A DNA stretch of 64,000 bases from NCBI GenBank assembly GCA_965250285.1, contig OZ252299.1, positions 3,680,001-3,744,000 on the forward strand, written 5' to 3'. The notes beneath the pieces are model-generated. The model was given only the letters and a program-made list of their open reading frames with translations. It was not told the DNA's origin and did not search any database. Each line of letters starts with the position of its first letter. Position 1 is the stretch's first letter. Shown here piece by piece: positions 57,596 through 64,000 of the stretch. This stretch comes from Myxococcota bacterium (GTDB lineage: Bacteria; Myxococcota_A; UBA9160; UBA4427). The position numbers and the translations under genes are program-made.

Positions 57596-58234
57596 ATGCG
57601 GCCCTTGGTACGTCTGGCCTCCCATGGAGGCCTGCGAACGTCGCTCTTGGCGTTCGTGTTCATCGCGGCCCTGGCAGTGGGAGGGTCGGCGGCAGCCGGC
57701 ACGATCCTGCCGGGCCAATACTTCCTGCTCGATCATCCCGATGGTGAGATCAGCCCTCCGCCGTACGGCTTGCGGATGGACGATCTCGGGTACACGTTCA
57801 GCACCGAGCTCAATGGTGCGAGCGTGATCCTCGACTGGGACGATCTCGCGGGAACCGCCACGATCAGTGGCACGCTCTGGAACAACCAGCTCAGCGAGCT
57901 GTGGACCGTGAGCTACACGCTGACCGGCGTCGTCGCAGAGCCCGGCAATCTGGGCTTCAAGGCGAGCGCGGGCAGCGGCTTGCTCACCGATCCGCTGCTC
58001 AACGACACGGTGCTGACCGGTGAGTCGATGGGCGGGGGTGGCCCCGTCTTCGAGTTCCTCGCCGACGGCTATCGAATCTCGGGCGACAACGACACGCCCG
58101 TGGGACGCGGCTGGCTGCTGCCGGCCGGGTCGACCGATGACTGGCTCGTGACCGCGGTGCCGGTGCCCGAGCCGACGACCGCGCTCATGCTCGGACTCGG
58201 TCTCGCCGTGATGGGTGTTCGACGACGCAACTGA
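57596..58234 (+). CDS. PEP-CTERM sorting domain protein
   Basis: AAGGAG RBS, signal peptide, tail VPEPTTALMLGLGLAVMGVRRR. Confidence 0.9.
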   Translation: MRPLVRLASHGGLRTSLLAFVFIAALAVGGSAAAGTILPGQYFLLDHPDGEISPPPYGLRMDDLGYTFSTELNGASVILDWDDLAGTATISGTLWNNQLSELWTVSYTLTGVVAEPGNLGFKASAGSGLLTDPLLNDTVLTGESMGGGGPVFEFLADGYRISGDNDTPVGRGWLLPAGSTDDWLVTAVPVPEPTTALMLGLGLAVMGVRRRN

Positions 58235-58267
58235 CGCAACGCAACGCAGCAACGTATTCGCGCCATC

Positions 58268-58311
58268 GAAGACGCGCTCCGGCCGACCGGCCAGGGCGCG
58301 TCTTCTTCGTT
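58268..58311 (+). terminator. Possible intrinsic terminator
   Basis: GAAGACGCGC / GCGCGTCTTC 10-bp stem with inner GGCC/GGCC pairing, followed by TTCGTT. Confidence 0.45.
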
Positions 58312-58560
58312 CGGGCCCGGCTCTCCGGGTGAGGATGCAGCACGCGCTGCGTCACGGCCCGATCCGCCCGCCGATCGGGACGGTCGTGCGAGGCGCACCG
58401 GCCGCCGGCCGCCGGCTGCGCTTCAGTGCGTCGTTTCACCCGCGCCCGCGCGGGCGGGCACGCATCATGCCTATGTGGGCCCTTCGATATCGATTGAGTC
58501 GAACACACGGGTACGCGTAGGATGTGGAAGGCCGCATCCACCCACCCTGAGGATCCCGAC

Positions 58561-60126
58561 ATGACCCGCTCGGTTCGACTGTGCCTCGCCCTGCTCCTGC
58601 TCCTCGTCACGCTGCCGCTTCTCGGTACGAAGTGCAGCAGCCCCTTCCTGCGCGCCGGCGTCTGCAAGCGCGACATCACGCCCATCAGCCCTTCGCTCGC
58701 GTCGGCGTACGAAGCGCAGTTCGGCGGCGTGGCCGAGGTGAATCACACCGATCCCGTCTGGATCGCAGGCTTCGGCAGCGGTCGCGCTGCGACCGGGTAC
58801 AACGATCAGATCTGGGCGCGCGGTCTGGTGCTCGAGGGGCTCGGTCAGCGCGTCGCGATCGTGTCGCTCGACCTGATCGGCTACCTGAACGGCGAGGTCG
58901 ATACGATCCGCGCCCTGGTCTCCCCCGACAGCGAGATCGACTACGCCGTCGTGACCAGCACGCATCAGCACGAGGGTCCCGACACGATCGGCATCTGGGG
59001 CCCGAGCGAGCTGGAGACCGGGATCGACTTCGGATACCTCGACTTCGTGAACGAGAGCGTCGCATCGTGCATCGATGAGGCCGCAGAAAACCTCGAGCCC
59101 GCCCGCGTCAAGTTCGCGACCACCGACAGCGTCGGTCTCAGCCTCGGCCTCGACGTCGAGGACGACGGAGACGGCGTGGCCGACAGCCGCGTCCTCGTGG
59201 GCGACGACGAGATCGCGCCCGACACCGACGGGCGCATCGTCGACTCGCGCCTGTCGATCATGCAGATCACCAAGCGGTGGGGAAAGAAGGACGTCCTCGC
59301 GACGCTGGTCAACTTCGCGAGCCACCCCGAGAGCCTCGGCAGCAACAACACGCTGATCACGAGCGACTTTCCGCACTACGCGCGTGAACGCATCGAAGCC
59401 GACGCGGGCGGAACGGCGATCTGGGTGAGCGGCGACCTCGGCGTGCTGCTCGGCCCGCTCGACATCGACGTGCTCGACCCCGATACGAACGCGCCCGCCG
59501 TGCGCCGCACCTTCCGATGGGCCGAGGTGCACGGTGACCAGCTCGGTGAGCGCGTCGTCTCGGCGATTCCGAGCAAGCGAGGTTCGTCGTTCGGCCTGCT
59601 TCGCTACTCGACGAACCCGACGGTCCCGGTGCGACTCGACAATCCGTACTTCCGCTTCTTCATCGCGATCGGCGTGCTGAACCCGCGTCTCGATCTCTTC
59701 ACCGATGGAGAGCCCGATGACGGCGTCGGCTTCCCGTACCCGCCGCCCTTCGACTCGATCCCTCTGGCGACCGGCGACGATCTCCAGACCGAGGTGGGTG
59801 TCTTTGCATTGAACCACTCGAGCTTCGCCGTCGTGCCGAGCGAGCTCGACCCGCAGATCGGCGAGCAGTACCGGGCCGCCATGACCGGCGCGGATCACAC
59901 CTTCATCATCGGGCTCGGCAACGACGAGATCGGCTACCAGCTGCCGGCCGAGAAGTGGGACGACAGCTGCCACGCCTGCGCGCCGTTCGTGCTCGGGGGC
60001 GTGCCCGAGCTGTGCCCGCTGTTCCCGAACATCGACTGCAACACGGTCTTCCAGAACAACGTCGGGCAGGAGGTGGATCCGACCATCTCTGCGGCGCTCT
60101 ACCCGCTCATCGAGGAGCTTCACTGA
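58561..60126 (+). CDS. Secreted neutral/alkaline ceramidase-like metallo-amidohydrolase
   Basis: RDITP, STHQHEGPDTIG.WG, NFASHPE, GLGNDEIGY; signal peptide with Cys. Confidence 0.72.
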   Translation: MTRSVRLCLALLLLLVTLPLLGTKCSSPFLRAGVCKRDITPISPSLASAYEAQFGGVAEVNHTDPVWIAGFGSGRAATGYNDQIWARGLVLEGLGQRVAIVSLDLIGYLNGEVDTIRALVSPDSEIDYAVVTSTHQHEGPDTIGIWGPSELETGIDFGYLDFVNESVASCIDEAAENLEPARVKFATTDSVGLSLGLDVEDDGDGVADSRVLVGDDEIAPDTDGRIVDSRLSIMQITKRWGKKDVLATLVNFASHPESLGSNNTLITSDFPHYARERIEADAGGTAIWVSGDLGVLLGPLDIDVLDPDTNAPAVRRTFRWAEVHGDQLGERVVSAIPSKRGSSFGLLRYSTNPTVPVRLDNPYFRFFIAIGVLNPRLDLFTDGEPDDGVGFPYPPPFDSIPLATGDDLQTEVGVFALNHSSFAVVPSELDPQIGEQYRAAMTGADHTFIIGLGNDEIGYQLPAEKWDDSCHACAPFVLGGVPELCPLFPNIDCNTVFQNNVGQEVDPTISAALYPLIEELH

Positions 60127-60130
60127 GCGG

Positions 60131-61534
60131 ATGACTTCGCGGGAGCGCCGGGGCAAGCGCGTCTCTCGGGCGCGTGACACAGACCGCATCGGGTTCAGCG
60201 CGGCGGCGGGCTTGCGGTTCGGCGCACGGTCGACGCTGCTCTTGATCGCGCTCGCAGCGACCGCCGCGTCGAGCCACATCGTCTACGGGCAGCCGACCCT
60301 GATGTCGCTCGTCGGCGGGGCCGACGTCGTCGCCTACGTGCGCGTGGTCGACGCGAACGGCCACGTCGAGGTCGGGGCCCATCGTGCGCAGCACGCGCCC
60401 GATGCCCACCCACACGGCACGCCCGATCACGATCACGCGACGGGGACGAACCTGGCCGGGCACGACCACGGCCCCGATGGCGCACCGGTCTCTCGGACGC
60501 CCGATCGGCGGCCCGTCACTCGGGTCGAGGTGCTCGAGGCGCTGAAGGGCCCGGTGAGCGCGGGCGAAACGCTTCAGTTCGCGGCGCATGGTCACGGTGT
60601 CGCCGAGTACGTCGATGGCGAGCGGGCCCTCGTCTTTCTGCTACCGATCGAAACGAACCAGGAGCTCGACGTGCTCGCCCAGAGTGGTCTGCGGTGGGTG
60701 TCGTATCAGGAGCACGCGACGCGGTATCCGATCGAGGGCGAAACGGGCGAGCGCGCGCTCGCCGCCGCGAGGCGGTACGCAGCAGCGCGACGCATCGACG
60801 ACCCCGAGCAGCGCATCGCCGCTCTGCAGGTCGCCACGCTCGCTGCGTTGCGATCGGGCGACGACCGGCTCGCGGCCGATGCCGTGCAGGATCTCTCGAT
60901 GGGCGAGTCGACCCTGCAGCTCGACCCCGCGAGCGTTCCGCAGCTCCTCGACGACATCGTCCACGACGCGTCGACGTCGATCGGGGTGCGCGTGGCGCTG
61001 CTGAACGAGCTCGGACAGCGGCAGCTGGTCGAGACGGTGCCCCACTGGCTGAACCTGATCGAGACCGTCCCGTTGCCCGACCGGCTTCAGGTCGTGCGCG
61101 CGGCCGGTCTGCAGCGCTCGCCCGCCATCGAGCGTCGCCTGGTCGCGATGCTCAACGACGAGCGGGCGCTTGCCGAAGCTGCGGCGCTCTCAGACAAGGC
61201 GGCGCTTCCAGAAGCCGCGGCGCTCTCAGAAGCCGCGGCGCTCTCAGAAGCCGCGGCGCCCTCGGAAGCCGCGGCGCTCTCAGAAGCTGCGGCGCTCGCC
61301 GAAGCCGCGGCGCTCGCGCTCGGCCACCCTCACCACGCGGCCGCCGTGCCCGCCCTCGCGCTCGCCCTCGACGCCGACGCGCCGCGCACACGCAACGCCG
61401 CGATTCGGTCGCTCGGCCGCATCGGCGACCCCGCCGCCCTGCGCGCGCTCGAGTCGGCGGCCGCAAACCACGAAGACGCATCGACCCGCAGACGCGCCGG
61501 TGCCGAGATCAGGCGAAGACAGCAGGGGTCATGA
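60131..61534 (+). CDS. Exported HEAT-repeat protein with His-rich insert and EAAALS tandem repeat
   Basis: Hydrophobic signal segment; His-rich loop; AAALALG and R.AAIRSLGRIGD HEAT units; start uncertain. Confidence 0.7.
   Translation: MTSRERRGKRVSRARDTDRIGFSAAAGLRFGARSTLLLIALAATAASSHIVYGQPTLMSLVGGADVVAYVRVVDANGHVEVGAHRAQHAPDAHPHGTPDHDHATGTNLAGHDHGPDGAPVSRTPDRRPVTRVEVLEALKGPVSAGETLQFAAHGHGVAEYVDGERALVFLLPIETNQELDVLAQSGLRWVSYQEHATRYPIEGETGERALAAARRYAAARRIDDPEQRIAALQVATLAALRSGDDRLAADAVQDLSMGESTLQLDPASVPQLLDDIVHDASTSIGVRVALLNELGQRQLVETVPHWLNLIETVPLPDRLQVVRAAGLQRSPAIERRLVAMLNDERALAEAAALSDKAALPEAAALSEAAALSEAAAPSEAAALSEAAALAEAAALALGHPHHAAAVPALALALDADAPRTRNAAIRSLGRIGDPAALRALESAAANHEDASTRRRAGAEIRRRQQGS
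61175..61318 (+). repeat. Intragenic tandem repeat, 8 x 18 nt (consensus GAAGCCGCGGCGCTCTCA, encoding EAAALS)
   Basis: Units start at 61175, 61193, 61211, 61229, 61247, 61265, 61283 and 61301; three are exact copies. Confidence 0.92.
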
Positions 61535-61558
61535 AGCGGGGCGCGTCGCCGCCCCGAC

Positions 61559-63574
61559 CTAGGCGGCGTCGCTCGGCCGCGGCCCGAGCAGCTCGGCGAG
61601 ATCGGTCTGATCGATCTTCTCGCGTTCGAGCAGGCGGGTGGCCAGCGCCTCGAGCTGATCGCGATGCGCTTCGAGCAGCGCCTTGGCTTCGGCGTACCCG
61701 CTCTCGAGGATCGCGAGCTGTTCCTCACCGAGCCGCCGCTCGATCTCGGCGGAGTGCTCGCCCGAACCGGACCGGTTCCCGAGAAAGTCGGGCTGACCCG
61801 CACCGAGCGACAGGTTCGGCATCTCCTGGCTCATGCCATACACGGTCAGCATGTCGCGAATGATCCGACTCGCCTTGTCGAGGTCGTCCGAGGCCCCGGT
61901 CGAGATGTCGCCGAAGACGAGCTCTTCGGCTGCACGACCGCCGAGCAACGTGCGCACGCGGCCCAGCACCTCGCTGCGCGACATCAGAAAGCGGTCCTCG
62001 AGCGGCGCCTGCAGCGTGTAGCCCAGCGCGCCCTGCCCGCGCGGCACGATCGAGACCTTTTGTACGGGGTCGGCACCCGGCGTGAAGTAGCCGACGAGCG
62101 TGTGGCCGCTCTCGTGGTACGCGACGCGCCGGCGCTCGGCCTCGTTCATGACGCGCCCCTTGCGCTCGAGGCCGCCGATCACGCGCTCGAGCGCATCCTG
62201 GAAGTCGGTCATCGCCACCTCGTCGACGTCTCGACGCGAGGCGAGCAGCGCGGCCTCGTTGCAGAGGTTCGCGATGTCGGCGCCCACCATGCCCGCGGTC
62301 TCACCCGCGAGCCGGTCGAAGTCGACGTCCGCCGCGAGCGGCAGCTCGGCCGCGTGCACTTCGAAGATCGCGCGGCGGCCATCGCGGTGGGGCCGCCCGA
62401 CGAGGATCTGACGGTCGAAGCGCCCCGGCCGCAATAGCGCGGGATCGAGCACCTCGGGGCGGTTCGTCGCGCCCATCAACACGACCGCCGAGTGGGCGTC
62501 GAACCCGTCGAGCTCGACGAGCAGCTGATTCAACGTGTTCTCGCGCTCGTCGAAGCCGCCGACCGGCGACTGCGCACCGCCCCGCGCGCGCCCGATCGCG
62601 TCGAGCTCGTCGACGAAGATGATGCAGGGCGCGCGCTCCTTGGCGGCCCGAAAGAGATCGCGCACGCGCGAGGCGCCGACCCCGACGAACATCTCGACGA
62701 AGTCCGAGCCGCTCAGGCTGAAGAACGGCACGCCCGACTCACCGGCGACGGCGCGCGCGAGCAGCGTCTTGCCCGTGCCCGGGGGCCCCACGAGCAGCAC
62801 CCCCTTCGGCAGCTTCGCGCCAAGGCGCGTGAAGCGATCGGGCTCTTTCAAGAACTCGACGATCTCACGCGTCTCTTCGACGGCCTCGTCGACGCCGGCC
62901 ACGTCCTTGAAGTGAACCTTCTCTTCGGCCGAAGCCTCATAGACCTTCGCCTTGCTCTGACCCATCTGAAGCGGACCGCCGATGCCGGCGCCCGACATGC
63001 GCTTCATGACGAAGCCCCAGACGATGAACAGGATCGCGAACGGCAGGATCCAATTGGAGAGCAGGTTGCGCAGGTAGTGCGTCTCGATGCGGCGGCTGAA
63101 CTCGACCCCGTGCTTGTGCAGCCGGTCGACCAGGGTCGAGTCGGTCACCGGCGTGACGACGAAGTGAAGCTTCGCTTCGGCCTCGGCGGCCGCCTCGGAA
63201 GCCTCGATGCGCGACTCGACCCCCTTGAACCAGCCGACGATGTCGAAGTGCCAGGGCGCCTTCTTGACGGGCGGCGTGTGAGGCGCCTTCGTCTCGTCCG
63301 ACTTGGGCTTGCTCTCGTCGCGCAGAAGCCCGTAGATCTTCTCGTCCGTGAGGACGACGCTCTGCACCTTGCCGGCGTCGATTCGATCAAGGAACTCGCT
63401 GTACGGCATCTGCGGGCTCGGCGAGCCACCGAACAGCGCCGAGTCGAGCAGATAGATCGAGCCGAAGATGAAGATGTAATAGAGGAGCGATACGCCGGCG
63501 CGGCCACCGAGCGACGGCATCGGGCCCCCTCCGTCGGAACGCTCGGGCGTGCCCTGGTCGCGCGCGTCAGCCAT
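61559..63574 (-). CDS. ftsH: ATP-dependent zinc metalloprotease FtsH
   Basis: Two TM helices, Walker A GPPGTGKT, Walker [34 protein letters not shown] zinc motif. Confidence 0.95.
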   Translation of the reverse strand: MADARDQGTPERSDGGGPMPSLGGRAGVSLLYYIFIFGSIYLLDSALFGGSPSPQMPYSEFLDRIDAGKVQSVVLTDEKIYGLLRDESKPKSDETKAPHTPPVKKAPWHFDIVGWFKGVESRIEASEAAAEAEAKLHFVVTPVTDSTLVDRLHKHGVEFSRRIETHYLRNLLSNWILPFAILFIVWGFVMKRMSGAGIGGPLQMGQSKAKVYEASAEEKVHFKDVAGVDEAVEETREIVEFLKEPDRFTRLGAKLPKGVLLVGPPGTGKTLLARAVAGESGVPFFSLSGSDFVEMFVGVGASRVRDLFRAAKERAPCIIFVDELDAIGRARGGAQSPVGGFDERENTLNQLLVELDGFDAHSAVVLMGATNRPEVLDPALLRPGRFDRQILVGRPHRDGRRAIFEVHAAELPLAADVDFDRLAGETAGMVGADIANLCNEAALLASRRDVDEVAMTDFQDALERVIGGLERKGRVMNEAERRRVAYHESGHTLVGYFTPGADPVQKVSIVPRGQGALGYTLQAPLEDRFLMSRSEVLGRVRTLLGGRAAEELVFGDISTGASDDLDKASRIIRDMLTVYGMSQEMPNLSLGAGQPDFLGNRSGSGEHSAEIERRLGEEQLAILESGYAEAKALLEAHRDQLEALATRLLEREKIDQTDLAELLGPRPSDAA

Positions 63575-63749
63575 CCCCGTTCTGATTCCTCCGGACCCGC
63601 GTGGTTGCGATGACAGCGGCCCGCCGCAGACCGGATCGCCCGTTTCGGGTACTCTGCCGGCTACGCACCCGCTTCGCCAGACGTCGCGACGCGAAGCCCG
63701 ATGGCACGCGACCGACCGACAGCGCGATGGGACCTCTTGGGAGCAGATC

Positions 63750-63912
63750 GATGCTGAATCTACAGAGCCTGCTCGTCTTCGTGGGCCTGCTGGTCGTGCT
63801 GAACTTCGTGCTGAGCGAGGTCGACTACGGTGTCCATATTTCGATCGTCGGCAGCCTCGTGCTCACGGTGGTCGTCTCGCTCGTGATGGGCAGCTTCTCG
63901 AACCGACGCTGA
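63750..63912 (+). CDS. Small membrane protein (about 53 aa, 2 TM)
   Basis: MLNLQSLL...HISIVGSLVLT after a GGAG-like RBS; two hydrophobic segments. Confidence 0.55.
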
Positions 63913-64000
63913 CGCGACGGTGCACCCGTGATCGCGGCGTGCGTGGCCCGTGGCGGCATTCGCCGGCAGCATCACTTCCTGCGACGCCGGCGAGAGCGCG

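Noticed and set aside
58226..58254. Short CGCAA pentamer repeats around the PEP-CTERM stop codon
   Set aside because: Only a few imperfect copies; too short to support a function
59968..59979. CHAC as a c-type heme binding site
   Set aside because: It is CxxC followed by Ala, not CxxCH
61175..61318. Tandem repeat as a CRISPR array
   Set aside because: No spacers, in-frame within a CDS, and no cas genes
1..64000. tRNA, rRNA, transposase, integrase or prophage genes
   Set aside because: None recognised on either strand; a short tRNA could be missed without tRNAscan

Overview
A 64 kb, very GC-rich bacterial chromosomal segment densely packed with accessory catabolic and surface-protein genes. 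The mix of PEP-CTERM and IPTL-CTERM-like proteins suggests a Gram-negative lineage such as Myxococcota or Binatota; this is inference only. I found no rRNA, tRNA, CRISPR array, transposase or integrase. Content: several TetR/MarR regulator-enzyme modules with visible palindromic operators, flavin monooxygenases, three glutathione S-transferases, several alpha/beta hydrolases, two convergent N-acyl-D-amino-acid deacylase paralogs, a cluster of C-terminally anchored secreted proteins, the aspartic peptidase / 7TM inactive transglutaminase / alpha-L-glutamate ligase triad, and ftsH. Four observations stand out. (1) A hidden selenoprotein at 25915-27186: a PrdB/GrdB-like protein with an in-frame UGA in a U-P-N-C motif, a SECIS-like hairpin 11 nt downstream and an extra C-terminal domain, coupled to a TauD-family dioxygenase. 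(2) An 888-aa fusion of a degenerate cytochrome P450-like domain to a fatty-acid alpha-dioxygenase-type heme peroxidase, flanked by two FAD-linked oxidases and an epoxide hydrolase, a candidate bacterial oxylipin cluster. (3) A stand-alone molybdopterin enzyme with the acetylene hydratase signature residues under TetR control. (4) A haloalkane dehalogenase and a CocE/NonD hydrolase that both carry signal peptides and IPTL-CTERM-like surface anchors. All family calls come from motif recognition by eye, not database searches.
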